DNA from: Deltaproteobacteria bacterium
Lineage (GTDB): Bacteria; Desulfobacterota; Desulfarculia; Adiutricales; Adiutricaceae
Assembly (NCBI GenBank): GCA_031257535.1
Contig: JAIROO010000330.1
Span: 1-55,866, forward strand
Length of the DNA stretch: 55,866 bases
Direction of reading: 5' to 3'
The first letter of the stretch is position 1; every line of letters starts with the position of its first letter. The position numbers and the translations under genes were made by a program. The notes beneath the pieces were generated by a model. That model saw only the letters and a program-made list of their open reading frames with translations, had not been told where the DNA came from and did no database searches. Positions 29,803 to 39,595 of this stretch are shown here, in pieces.

Positions 29803-31098
29803 GTAGTATTTAATTGCCTATAAAACATCTCGCAAACACCTCACAAACACATCTAAAAGCACCTTTTAATTTATAAAATATTTTAAACGCAATTTATAGA
29901 TATCTATAGTTTAGCGTTTATAGTAGATCCACTAGCCTAAAATGGCGAAATATGGGTTTTACTAGGCCATCTTAAATAACAGGTTCCTTTCGGGCTCGCT
30001 AAAAGTTGTCGAAAATATTTTTCTTGCCTTGTCGCTATACCCAGGTTAATAAGATACAAAAATGAAAAATTACGCGCTATTATTTTAATAAAGCCATTAA
30101 AGTAGGTTGAAAGTTTAATTTAATTTAAAAATATTGTAAAAAAAAGTAAATAGATAATAAAATTATCTAACAGAAGTATATTGATGATTGGTTAGGGTAA
30201 ATAAGGAATTTTGTAGACTGACGACAACAAATTAATTGAATAAAAAAGAGGCGCAAAGCCAAAAGTCACGAGAGAAAGAAAAAAACCCGGCTAAAACGCC
30301 TTGGCCCTATTAATGTAAGTCGACTAAAAAGTTTGTCAAGGCCTAAAAAACCAAAAAATAGGGATTTTTTAAAAGAAAATTTTTTAAAAATATGTGGTTC
30401 AAACCCCCTGGCCGACTATGGCCTTAGAAGCTACTAAATAGGGGAAAAAAGCGAATCATGCCTCAATAAGTCGCGTCCCTTTTCCCTTTAGCCGCTACGC
30501 GATTATGTCGCTCTTTTTAGTCTTTATCGCCTTTTTCGTCGAGGAGACGGCGGCTTTTAGCCCTATACGCGAAGGGCCGGGTAGAAAAGAAGCTTTTGGC
30601 CATAAAGGAACGGCGAGATAAGGGTCAAGGGTTTTTAGGCGTCCCGACCAAGGGAGGGGTCTTTTCGACTTAGCGGATAAGTTCTCTTTTTAAGCCGCTT
30701 AAAGAGAAAAGCGCGCGTCAACCAAACTATTTCGCTCCTTTTTAAGCGGGCCAAAATCAGAAGAGCCCTTAAGGTCAAAACGGTCGTTGACCTTTAGGTT
30801 TTAAGGCCAAGTTACCCTCCGAAAGCCTAAGTTCATTAAATCATTAAAGTTTTTTTATCTTGAAATCGAACTAAATTTCCGCCTCTCTAAATCACGCGCT
30901 CCTTATGGCGAAAAAAAAGCGAGTGGCCTATAATTACTATAGTCAGACAATTACTTTTACTGTTTTTGGGGGGGTCATTTTTACGCCCTCTATGGGGGTT
31001 TTGGGAAAGGCCTAAAGCTTTTAGGGGGCTTTTTGGTTTTCGTTCTATTTGGTTATTTTTGCTTGTTAGGCGATTGATTCAATTGTTGGTTTGTCGAT

Positions 31099-31135
<37 letters not shown>

Positions 31136-31169
31136 ATTGGCTAATTGGTTGGTTCTTGGCGAGCGATTT

Positions 31170-33041
31170 ATGGGTCAGCTAAGGCGAGCTTTCCGCTTTT
31201 TAATCTTATTGATTTTCGCGACGACCTTAACTTTAGGCTTTGGCGTAGCGACGATAACCTTCGCCGCGTCCAACGAGGCCACGAGTTCTTTGACCTTAAA
31301 AGTCGAAGAAGTCGCCCCAAAGGGCGCCCTTACGGTTGACCCATTTCCGCCACCTAAGACTCTGATTAAAGACGAGCGGACTCGGCTGAACGCTCTCCAA
31401 GCTCTGCGTATCGCCATCGCTTCCATCTCCGATATCGTCAATTCCCGCGACCAAGTGGTCGTGACCAATATCCGCGACAACATTTTAGGGGCTTTAAACC
31501 AAAAAGAGATTGACTTCAATTTTGAAATTATAGAACTGTATAAAGCCATCGCCACCCGGGTCAGCCAGTATGGTTTAGATAAGGCCGGCCAAGACGCTTT
31601 TCAAACGGCGTACGACCGCAAAATTCTGGAAGCTTTCGCCGCTACCGCGACCGACGCTGGACCGACCTTTGGGTGGTTAGAGTATTTAGCCCCGGCTTTT
31701 AGCTCAACTCTTTCGGACTACCTGGACTATGGGGTCAACTCCCTGGCTTACCGCGGTTCTTTAGGCCCGAAAGTCTGGCGGTTGACTCCTAAGGAAGCCT
31801 TGGCTCTAACCGAGTCTTTAAACTCTTATCTTTCGCGAGCTTGGGCTTTATTGGATTTTTACGCTAAACCCGGCGACTATCGGTTAACCCCCGAGAACTT
31901 TAACCAGTTTGGCCAAGCCTTAAACGCCAAAGACAAGGCCGCGGCTCTGGCCGCTTTAGTCGCTTTGGAAGAGGAGTTAGGCTTTTATCCGCCTTACTGG
32001 TTTTACCGTGGTTACGCTCTTTTGACTTTAGATCGCTTAGAAGAAGCCGTGACTTGTTTTGAGCGATTCATAGCCGTTTGGCGGCCAGTTTTGAATAAAG
32101 ACGGCTTATTGGCCGACGCGGCTAAGTACGCTCTTATCTTGGCTATCCGCCAAGGGGATCTGGTTAGCCAGAAAAAATACGCCGACCTTATCGCTCAAAG
32201 CGCCGACAAAGACGGCTGGCTTAATTTGCTTTTAGCCGGAGTCGTTTACGACGAGCTAGGCGACCAAGAAAAGGCCGAGGATTGTTTTCAGAAGAACTTA
32301 GACAACGGACGGGGTCCTTTAGCTAGTTATTTGGCCCTAGATTACGTCCACCAAGGCGGTCAGGCCGCGGCTGGCTTACTTGAGTACGTGGGTTTAAAAC
32401 CTTATTACGAGGACGGGACCAGGGAAATCGCCATCGTGAAAGAGCGAGCCGACGCCGGCGACCCCTTAGCTCGCTACGCTTTAGGCGTTTTAACCCAATC
32501 TGGGGTGGCCACGAGCCAGGATCTCAAAAAGGCCGCTAAATGGTTTGGTTTAGCCGCCGACCAGGGTTTCGCCAAAGCTCAAAACGCCTTAGGCGAGCTT
32601 TATCGCGATGGCCAGGGTTTAACCCAAGATCTAGCCAAGGCCGCTAATTTGTTCTTCCAGGCCGCCGACCAAGGCGACCCAAGAGCTGAAGCTAATTTAG
32701 GGCTTGCTTATTTAAAGGGGGCGGGGGTAACTAAAAATCCGGTCGAGGCCGCGAAATGGCTAAATCTGGCGGCCACGGTAGGGGAGCCGCGGGCTCAACT
32801 AGCCTTAGGCGAAATCTATTTTCAAGGCCAAGGAGCCCAAAAAGATCAGGACGCGGGGCTAAAGTGGCTCCTTTTAGCCGCGGAAAACGGCTCAACCGAG
32901 GCCCAGTTTCAGCTAGCTAAGGCCTACGCCGTGGGCGAGGGGACCCCCAAAGACCTGGATTTGAGCCAAAAATGGCTCCGCGCGGCCGCCTTAGGCGGCA
33001 ATCTTAAGGCTCAAGAAGTTTTAGACTCCTCGCTGAAATAA
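31170..33041 (+). CDS. Exported Sel1-like repeat (SLR) protein with a non-repeat N-terminal domain
   Basis: ORF with a preferred ATG at 31170 (MGQLRRAFRFLILLIFATTLTLGFGVATITFAAS, signal/TM-like). The C-terminal third carries at least 5 Sel1 repeats (AAKWFGLAADQGFAKAQNALGELY..., AAKWLNLAATVGEPRAQLALGEIY...). The ORF-track start at 31122 lies inside the microsatellite and is unlikely. Confidence 0.8.
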   Translation: MGQLRRAFRFLILLIFATTLTLGFGVATITFAASNEATSSLTLKVEEVAPKGALTVDPFPPPKTLIKDERTRLNALQALRIAIASISDIVNSRDQVVVTNIRDNILGALNQKEIDFNFEIIELYKAIATRVSQYGLDKAGQDAFQTAYDRKILEAFAATATDAGPTFGWLEYLAPAFSSTLSDYLDYGVNSLAYRGSLGPKVWRLTPKEALALTESLNSYLSRAWALLDFYAKPGDYRLTPENFNQFGQALNAKDKAAALAALVALEEELGFYPPYWFYRGYALLTLDRLEEAVTCFERFIAVWRPVLNKDGLLADAAKYALILAIRQGDLVSQKKYADLIAQSADKDGWLNLLLAGVVYDELGDQEKAEDCFQKNLDNGRGPLASYLALDYVHQGGQAAAGLLEYVGLKPYYEDGTREIAIVKERADAGDPLARYALGVLTQSGVATSQDLKKAAKWFGLAADQGFAKAQNALGELYRDGQGLTQDLAKAANLFFQAADQGDPRAEANLGLAYLKGAGVTKNPVEAAKWLNLAATVGEPRAQLALGEIYFQGQGAQKDQDAGLKWLLLAAENGSTEAQFQLAKAYAVGEGTPKDLDLSQKWLRAAALGGNLKAQEVLDSSLK

Positions 33042-33717
33042 AGCCGCTAACCGAAAAAAGTCAGCCGTTAGTTTTAAAAGCCAAAAAAAACCAAAAAAAG
33101 CTTAACCGGCTTTAAGCCACTGTCTATAGGGGATAGGGCTTAAACGTCGCTTTTGGCTTTTTTAAATTTATTATTCCCTAATTCGTCTTGGGCGCGAACG
33201 AGCCGCGAAAAACGACCTCGCTTTAAGGTTTTTTTGGCCTGACAAAAAAAAAGGGAGGGGAAGTTTGGCGGCTAGCGTGAGGGGCGACATAAAGTCGGAA
33301 AATTTCTTGACATAGCTAGTCCTTGATCTAAGATGGTATAGATTCTAAGGAAAAATCCTAAAAATAAGGCCAAAGACCCCTTGATCGACAAGAGCGAAGA
33401 GGGGTCTAAAAAGGCTTAAATAATTGTCGCTCCAAAGTTTTTTGTCATATTTCGATTTTTTTGGGTTATTTGGTTGGCGCTAGCTATTTTTTGCCTTTTA
33501 GTATATTTTAGGTTGCCTTTGACCAGTTTTTAGGGTTTAACTTTTTGGTTTATTTTGATCAGTTTTTTAGGGTTTTAACTTTTTTTTCTGGTTAAAGTCT
33601 AAATTTCCATGTTTTAAATATTTTCCCGCTGATTATACGAGTAAAGGCCGGACCGTCTCTTAAAGGCGCGCCGGTTTTTTTTTTGGCTAAACGTCCGCGC
33701 TCTGTCAGGAGGAGCCC

Positions 33718-36201
33718 ATGAGTTCCTTGGTCTATTCGCCGCAAGAAAATCGTTTACGGGTTTTAGCGGCTGGCCAACCCGATCCCCTTTTAAATCGTCA
33801 TGAAAGGGCCGCGCGCTTAGTGGCCCGCTTACAGGCCTCTAAACCCGTTATCGACGTGGAAAGGGCTTTATATTTCACGCGCTCCATGGCCGAGACCCAA
33901 GGTCAGCCCTTGCCTTTACGCTGGGCTAAAGCCCTCTACCGCGTGGCCCAGAACGCGACCGTTTACGTGACCGAAGACCAGCTGCTTTTGGGTCGGGTCG
34001 GTCAGCCCGGTCGCCACGGGATCTTATATCCAGAGTTAGACGGGGATTTTTTGGATCTCGCCGTGGCCTCTTTACCGGGTCGCGTTGGCTCGCCGGCCGA
34101 TATTAGCCCTAAAGACGCCAAGATAGTTTTAGAGGAGATCTCGCCTTTTTGGAAAGGCAAAACTTACCACGAGGCCTTAAGCGCGAGTTTACCCAAAGAC
34201 GTTTTTAATTTAACTTACGACGACCCGGCTGGCTTAAACTCGCGGTTCATCGTTAACGAGACTTCTTCGTTTCGATCTTCGATCCAGTGGGTCCACGATT
34301 ACGAAAAAGTTTTAAAAAGAGGTTTTAAGGGGATCGCGGCCGAGGCTAAGGCTCGTTTAGAGGCCCTCGATCCCTATGACCCCGTGGCTCAAGCGGAGAA
34401 GAAACCTTTTTACGAGGCCACGCTTTTAGTGGCCGAGGCCATCGCCTTGTGGGCAAGACGGCACGCGGATCTGGCCGAAAAAGAAGCGGCTAAGGCGAGC
34501 GATCCGACCTTAAAGGCGGAGCTTTTAACCATGGCCGCGATTGTCCGCAAAACGCCTTGGGAGCCCGCCGAGACCTTTCGCGAGGCGGTCCAAGCCCAGT
34601 GGCTGACCCAGCTGTTTTCGCGGTTAGAGCAAAAAACCGGGACCATTATCTCCAATGGGCGCCTCGACCAGTATTTATATCCTTTCTACAAAAGAGATCT
34701 AGAGTTGGGCGTAATCGACGAGGAAGGGGCTTTAGAGCTTTTAGAGTGCCTTTGGGCGGGGATGGCCGAGTTCGTGGACTTGTATATCTCGCCGGCCGGG
34801 GGAGCCTTTAACGAAGGTTACGCCCACTGGGAAGCGGTGACCATTGGTGGCCTAAGGCCAGACGGTTCCGACGCCACTAACGAATTGACTCATTTAATCT
34901 TACGCTCTAAAAGAGAGTTTCCCTTTCATTATCCGGATCTCGCGGCTCGGATCCATAGTCGCTCGCCCGAGGCTTTTTTGTGGGACGTGGCGGAGACCAT
35001 TAAAGAAGGCTCGGGCTTTCCTAAACTTATCAACGACGAGGAAGTCATTCCTTTATTCGTTAAAAAAGGAGCCACCTTCGCCGAGAGCCTCGATTACTCG
35101 GTCAGCGGTTGCGCCGAGGCTCGCCTGCCTAACCGGGACGTTTACACCTCGGGCGGGGCTTACGTCAATTTCGCGGCGGCCTTAGAAATGACCTTAAGAA
35201 ACGGTCGTCTTTTAAAGTACGGGGATCGACTTTTAGGCTTAGAGACCGGGGAGGCCAGGGAGTTCAAGACTTTTGACGAGCTTTATCAAGCTTACCTAAA
35301 GCAGCATTTTAATTTATTACGGGCGGCTTTTGTTCAGCAATACCACGTTAATAAGCTAAGGGCCCGCTATTTCGCCCAGCCCATGGGCTCGGCTCTCCAT
35401 GACCTGTGTTTAAAGTACGGGATCGACCTCCATCAAGAGTTCGTGCCCGAAGGCCTTAATTTTGGTTACGTGGAGTTTATTGGTTACGGGACGGTGATTG
35501 ATTCTTTGGTAGCCTTAAAAAAGATGGTCTTTGAGACTAAGCGCTTAACTATGGCTGAGGTCCTTAAAGCCGTGGACCATGATTTTGTGGGTTACGAGAA
35601 AATCCGGGCCATTTTACGGTCGGCCCCGGCTTACGGCAACAACGACCCTGAGGCTGACGTCTTGGCTCGAGATCTGGACCGGGTCAGCGTTTTATTTTGC
35701 GAGCGTAACTCCAAGTCTTTAGGGATAAATAACGATATTCGTTACGTGCCTTTTACCTCCCACGTGCCGTTTGGCCGGGTCATCTCGGCCACGCCCAATG
35801 GCCGAAACGCCTGGTTTCCTTTGTCCGACGGGGCCTCGCCGTCCCAAGGCGCCGACCGTAAAGGCCCGGCCGCCATTTTGTTGTCCAATTTCGCTAGCAA
35901 AAACTACGACTTGTCGGCCCGAGCCGCGAGAATGATTAACGTTAAGTTTACGCCCAAATGCTTAGAAGGCGAGGCCGGCACGGCCAAATTGGTCGACTTT
36001 ATCCGGGTTTTTTGCGATTTAAAGCTCTGGCACCTCCAGTTCAACGTTATTAATCAAAGCACCTTAATCGCCGCCCAAAAGGATCCCGACCAGTATCGTC
36101 ATCTGATCGTGCGGATAGCTGGTTATAGCGCGTTTTTTACGGATCTCTCAAGGGATTTGCAAAACGACCTTATCGCCCGCTCGGCCCACGAGACCCTTTA
36201 A
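33718..36201 (+). CDS. Glycyl radical enzyme (PFL-fold), C-x-E eliminase/lyase type
   Basis: 827-aa ORF with AGGAGG before the ATG. The C-terminal glycyl radical motif is VRIAGYSAFF (Gly at codon 802, 36121-36123). The thiyl loop is VSGCAEA (Cys codon 465 at 35110-35112, Glu two residues later), not the CC pair of pyruvate formate-lyase. Confidence 0.9.
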   Translation: MSSLVYSPQENRLRVLAAGQPDPLLNRHERAARLVARLQASKPVIDVERALYFTRSMAETQGQPLPLRWAKALYRVAQNATVYVTEDQLLLGRVGQPGRHGILYPELDGDFLDLAVASLPGRVGSPADISPKDAKIVLEEISPFWKGKTYHEALSASLPKDVFNLTYDDPAGLNSRFIVNETSSFRSSIQWVHDYEKVLKRGFKGIAAEAKARLEALDPYDPVAQAEKKPFYEATLLVAEAIALWARRHADLAEKEAAKASDPTLKAELLTMAAIVRKTPWEPAETFREAVQAQWLTQLFSRLEQKTGTIISNGRLDQYLYPFYKRDLELGVIDEEGALELLECLWAGMAEFVDLYISPAGGAFNEGYAHWEAVTIGGLRPDGSDATNELTHLILRSKREFPFHYPDLAARIHSRSPEAFLWDVAETIKEGSGFPKLINDEEVIPLFVKKGATFAESLDYSVSGCAEARLPNRDVYTSGGAYVNFAAALEMTLRNGRLLKYGDRLLGLETGEAREFKTFDELYQAYLKQHFNLLRAAFVQQYHVNKLRARYFAQPMGSALHDLCLKYGIDLHQEFVPEGLNFGYVEFIGYGTVIDSLVALKKMVFETKRLTMAEVLKAVDHDFVGYEKIRAILRSAPAYGNNDPEADVLARDLDRVSVLFCERNSKSLGINNDIRYVPFTSHVPFGRVISATPNGRNAWFPLSDGASPSQGADRKGPAAILLSNFASKNYDLSARAARMINVKFTPKCLEGEAGTAKLVDFIRVFCDLKLWHLQFNVINQSTLIAAQKDPDQYRHLIVRIAGYSAFFTDLSRDLQNDLIARSAHETL

Positions 36202-36217
36202 GGCCAATTTAAAGCCA

Positions 36218-37126
36218 ATGACCTTGGGCCTAGTTTTTAACGTCCAAAGTTTCGCGGTCCACGATGGCCCGGGGATCAGGACTTTGGCCTTTTTAAAGGG
36301 TTGCCCTTTACGCTGCCCCTGGTGCGCCAATCCCGAGTCCCAAGAGTTTCGCCCGGAGCCGGCTTTAATCTTAGACCGCTGCTTGGGCCTTAACAAATGT
36401 GGCATGTGTCGGTCGGCGTGTGGCTATGGGGCCATCGGGGGGGACGACTACCCCGTCTTAAACCGCGACCTTTGCCAGGTCTGCTCGGATTTCGTTTGTC
36501 GAGATAGTTGTCCGGCCGAGGCTTTTTTGGTTTACGGTAAGTGGCTTACGCCTAACGAGGTGATGGCCACGGTTTTAAAGGAGAGCGTTTTTTTTCAAAG
36601 GGGCGGCGGGGGGCTCACCGTCTCCGGGGGCGAGCCCTTAAGCCAACCGGATTTTTTGCTCGAGCTTTTGGCCTTAGCCAAAAAGAATCGCTTAAACGCG
36701 GCCTTAGAGACGGCCGGGGTGGGCTCTTACGCGGTCTTAAGGCGAGCCGCGGATTTTTTGGGGACCCTTTTTTATGACGTTAAAATCGTCGACGACTTTA
36801 AAAGCCAGCGCGTTTTGGGCCAGGCGAGCGCGGGCGTTTTGGACAATTTAAGGCGTTTAGCGAGCGAGAAGCCAAACTTAAAAATAATCGTCCGCGTCCC
36901 TTTAGTCCCCAAGGTGAACGACGATCCGAGCGCGGCGAGGGATTTAGGTCGTTTTTTGGCTAAGGTCCCGAATTTAACCTGGGAGCTTCTCCCTTACCAC
37001 CGCTTTGGGGAGCCAAAGTACGCCGCGTTAAACCGGCCCAATCCCATGGGGACGGCGACCTTAGAGCCTTTAGCCCTCGCCCGGTTTCAAGAGGAGGTCA
37101 ACGCGGCCAAGGCCTTGGCTAGTTAA
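36218..37126 (+). CDS. Glycyl radical enzyme activating enzyme (radical SAM)
   Basis: 302-aa ORF starting 17 nt after the GRE stop. It has the CPLRCPWC (CxxxCxxC) radical SAM motif near the N-terminus. An extra ferredoxin-like Cys cluster insert (CLGLNKCGMCRSAC, CQVCSDFVCRDSCP) is typical of non-PFL GRE activases. Confidence 0.9.
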   Translation: MTLGLVFNVQSFAVHDGPGIRTLAFLKGCPLRCPWCANPESQEFRPEPALILDRCLGLNKCGMCRSACGYGAIGGDDYPVLNRDLCQVCSDFVCRDSCPAEAFLVYGKWLTPNEVMATVLKESVFFQRGGGGLTVSGGEPLSQPDFLLELLALAKKNRLNAALETAGVGSYAVLRRAADFLGTLFYDVKIVDDFKSQRVLGQASAGVLDNLRRLASEKPNLKIIVRVPLVPKVNDDPSAARDLGRFLAKVPNLTWELLPYHRFGEPKYAALNRPNPMGTATLEPLALARFQEEVNAAKALAS

Positions 37127-37970
37127 CCGCGGCGTAAGCTCCGACAAAGTCGACCGCGTCTAGGGCCCCGGCTTTAAAGGACTTTAAGGCCTCTTCGTGG
37201 AGGAGTTCTAAGCTTTCGGCTTTTAAGGCCAAGTACTCGGGGGAGTTTCGAATAGTCTCTAAACGGGGCCGGGGGAGATTTACGGGGATTATTTTTTTAA
37301 CTTTAGCCGGTTGATTGGTGGTAATGACCAGGCTATCGGCTAAGAGAAGGGCTTCGTCCAGCTCGGCGGTGACGAAGAGGTGACAACCTTGGCTTTTTTC
37401 GAAAAGCTCAAGGTAATAATCCCGCATTAAAGACCGAGTTAAGGCGTCAAGGCCTCGAAATGGCTCGTCCATAAGGGCCACTTTGGGGTGGTTAATCAGG
37501 GCCCGGGCTAACTCGGCTCGTCTTTGCATGCCTCCGGACAATTGGGCTGGGTACTGGTCCCGAAACTCGTCTAAGCCCACTAAGCGGAGGAGGTCGCGGA
37601 CGACTTTGGTTAACTCGGCCCCTTTGTAAAGCCCTTGGATTTTAGGGCCATAAGCCACGTTCTCAAAGACGCTTAACCACGGAAATAGGGCCGTCTCTTG
37701 GAAAACCACCAGGCGGTCGGGGCCAGGGCCGGAGATTAGTTGGTTATCTAAGTAAATAGCCCCCTGGTCGGGCTCCTCGTAACCGGCCAGTAAATTAATG
37801 AGAACGCTTTTGCCGCAGCCCGACGGTCCCATTAAGGCGGTTAAAGCCTTGGGGGTCAAGGTCAGGTTAAACCCGCCAATGACCTGGCGCGTGGCCCCGG
37901 ACTCTAAGCGATAAGTTTTATGAAGGTCTACGGCTTCTAAACAACCTTTAGGCCAAAGCGTCTGGCTCAT
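37119..37970 (-). CDS. ABC transporter ATP-binding protein (NitT/TauT family-like), second ATPase of the operon
   Basis: Walker A GPSGCGKSV, signature LSGGMQRR, Walker B LMDEPF. I prefer the start at the ATG at 37970 (MSQTLWPKG), preceded by AAGGGG. The longer ORF-track version would overlap the upstream permease by ~265 nt. Its 3' end overlaps the convergent activase gene by 8 nt. Confidence 0.85.
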   Translation of the reverse strand: MSQTLWPKGCLEAVDLHKTYRLESGATRQVIGGFNLTLTPKALTALMGPSGCGKSVLINLLAGYEEPDQGAIYLDNQLISGPGPDRLVVFQETALFPWLSVFENVAYGPKIQGLYKGAELTKVVRDLLRLVGLDEFRDQYPAQLSGGMQRRAELARALINHPKVALMDEPFRGLDALTRSLMRDYYLELFEKSQGCHLFVTAELDEALLLADSLVITTNQPAKVKKIIPVNLPRPRLETIRNSPEYLALKAESLELLHEEALKSFKAGALDAVDFVGAYAAVN

Positions 37971-37987
37971 TTGGCGACCCCTTCTTT

Positions 37988-38776
37988 TTAGCGGCTTTTG
38001 AGCCAGGGCGTAAAGTATAGGCCGATCCGGCGTATTAAGCTTGAGGACAGGTAACCAGCGAGGCCAATGCTGAGCATGCCCACGACGATCATGGGAAACT
38101 CGCCGGCCACGTACCCCCGCCAGGTGAGGTAACCTAGGCCCGTGTTGGTGGCGATCATCTCGGCGGCCACGACCACGCACCAAGTAATCCCCATGCCCAC
38201 GGTCATGCCCACTAAAACCGAAGGTAAGCTCGCGGGCAGCAAAACCCGCCAAAAGACGTCCCTGGGGCTGGAGCCCAAAGAGGCGGCGGCCCGTAAGTAG
38301 CGAACGTCAATGGCCTCAATGCCCTCGACGATATTTAAAACCACCGTAAAAAAAGCCCCTAAAAAAGTCACGAAAATCATGCTGGCCTCAGCCGAGGGCC
38401 AGAAGATGACCGAGACCGGGACCCAAGCCAAAGGCGGCACTGGCCGGAGGATCTCGACTAGGGGAAAAACTATTTCCCTGGCTTTTTGGCTGTAACCTAA
38501 GAATAAGCCCAAAGGCACGCCCAGGACCTGGGCGATCAGAAAGCCGGCTAAGATGCGGCCTAAGCTGACCCCCCAAGAGCGCCAGTAGTAGGGGTTAAAA
38601 ATTTCAACCCAAACCCGAGCCAAGACCTCCGAGGGGGCGGGGATGGCTCCTAAAATAGGGGCCTTAAAGCGGGCGGCCAGCTCCCAGCCAATAAAGAAAA
38701 GGGCGATGGCTAAAGCGCCCCGTCTTAAAGACGGGGCGCTTAGAGATTTTTTTAAGCGTTGGCCAAGGCTCGCCAT
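37988..38776 (-). CDS. ABC transporter permease (NitT/TauT family-like)
   Basis: 262-aa polytopic ORF with an EAA-type loop (AAASLGSSPRDVFWRVLLPASLP), abutting the upstream ATPase gene. Confidence 0.85.
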   Translation of the reverse strand: MASLGQRLKKSLSAPSLRRGALAIALFFIGWELAARFKAPILGAIPAPSEVLARVWVEIFNPYYWRSWGVSLGRILAGFLIAQVLGVPLGLFLGYSQKAREIVFPLVEILRPVPPLAWVPVSVIFWPSAEASMIFVTFLGAFFTVVLNIVEGIEAIDVRYLRAAASLGSSPRDVFWRVLLPASLPSVLVGMTVGMGITWCVVVAAEMIATNTGLGYLTWRGYVAGEFPMIVVGMLSIGLAGYLSSSLIRRIGLYFTPWLKSR

Positions 38777-39595
38777 TTACATTTCCCTTTCGCCTTTGGA
38801 AAAGGCTTTTCTGGCCTCTTCCCGGACCGCCTCTTGACACTCGTCTCTTAAGGACTGGTACTCGGCCGTGGCTAAAAGCCGATAATCCCGCGGCCGGGGT
38901 AAGGGCACGTCCAAGATTTTTTTGACCGTGGCTGGCCGGGTGGTCATGACAAAAACTCGTGAAGCTAAAAACACGGCCTCGTCTAGGTCGTGGGTGATAA
39001 AAAAGACCGTTGGACGGTCGCGGTCGTAAACTTCCATTAAGAACTGGTGCGACACGGTCTTGGTTAAGGCGTCTAAAGCCCGAAAAGGCTCGTCTAACAA
39101 CAAGACTTTGGGTTTTAAGGTCATGGCCCGGGCGATCTCGGCTCTCCTCCGCATGCCTGAGGAGATCTGGCCGGGGTAGTCGAAGGCGATCTGGGCCAAA
39201 CCTAAGTCCTCTAACTTCTGGCGGGCTAAGGCGTGGGCCTCTTCTTTAGAGTAGCCTTTGGCGGCTAAAGGCCCAAAAGCCACGTTATCCAAAATGGTCA
39301 TCCAGGGAAAAAGGGCCCCATTCTGAAAGACCACCACCCGGTCGGCCCCGGGGGTGGCGGGCTTGGTTGGGGAGCTTAAGAGGTCCCCGTCTAAATAAAT
39401 CTCCCCCGAGCTTAGCTCGTGAAACCCGGCGATGGCGTTTAAAAGGGTGGTTTTGCCACAACCAGAGGGACCGACGACCACGGAAAAATCGCCAGCCCCA
39501 ATCTCCAAAGAGCAGCGATCCAAGGCCACGACCCTGGCCCCATCGGGATCGTAGACCTTAGTGGCCTCTCTGACGCTTAAGGCCCCGGAACTCAC
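38777..39595 (-). CDS. ABC transporter ATP-binding protein (NitT/TauT family-like), first ATPase
   Basis: 272-aa ORF with a GTG start. Walker A GPSGCGKTT, signature ISSGMRRR, Walker B LLDEPF. It overlaps the upstream permease stop by 4 nt. Confidence 0.85.
   Translation of the reverse strand: MSSGALSVREATKVYDPDGARVVALDRCSLEIGAGDFSVVVGPSGCGKTTLLNAIAGFHELSSGEIYLDGDLLSSPTKPATPGADRVVVFQNGALFPWMTILDNVAFGPLAAKGYSKEEAHALARQKLEDLGLAQIAFDYPGQISSGMRRRAEIARAMTLKPKVLLLDEPFRALDALTKTVSHQFLMEVYDRDRPTVFFITHDLDEAVFLASRVFVMTTRPATVKKILDVPLPRPRDYRLLATAEYQSLRDECQEAVREEARKAFSKGEREM

Noticed and set aside
29803-30250. CRISPR array or other regular repeat-spacer structure in AT-rich tracts
   Set aside because: I found no repeated 25-40-nt units at regular spacing here or in the other AT-rich spacers. 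Only short degenerate direct repeats are present.
33308-33340. TTGACA-N16-TAAGAT promoter-like site about 400 nt upstream of the GRE, and a CAGTTTTTAGGGTTTAACTTTTT direct repeat at about 33523 and 33562
   Set aside because: The distance to the start codon is long and the -10 match is weak. It is plausible but too uncertain to list as a feature without transcript data.
37971-38252. 94-aa N-terminal extension of the second ABC ATPase in the ORF track
   Set aside because: The extension is Arg/Gly/His-rich, overlaps the permease gene in another frame, and precedes a good RBS plus ATG at 37970.
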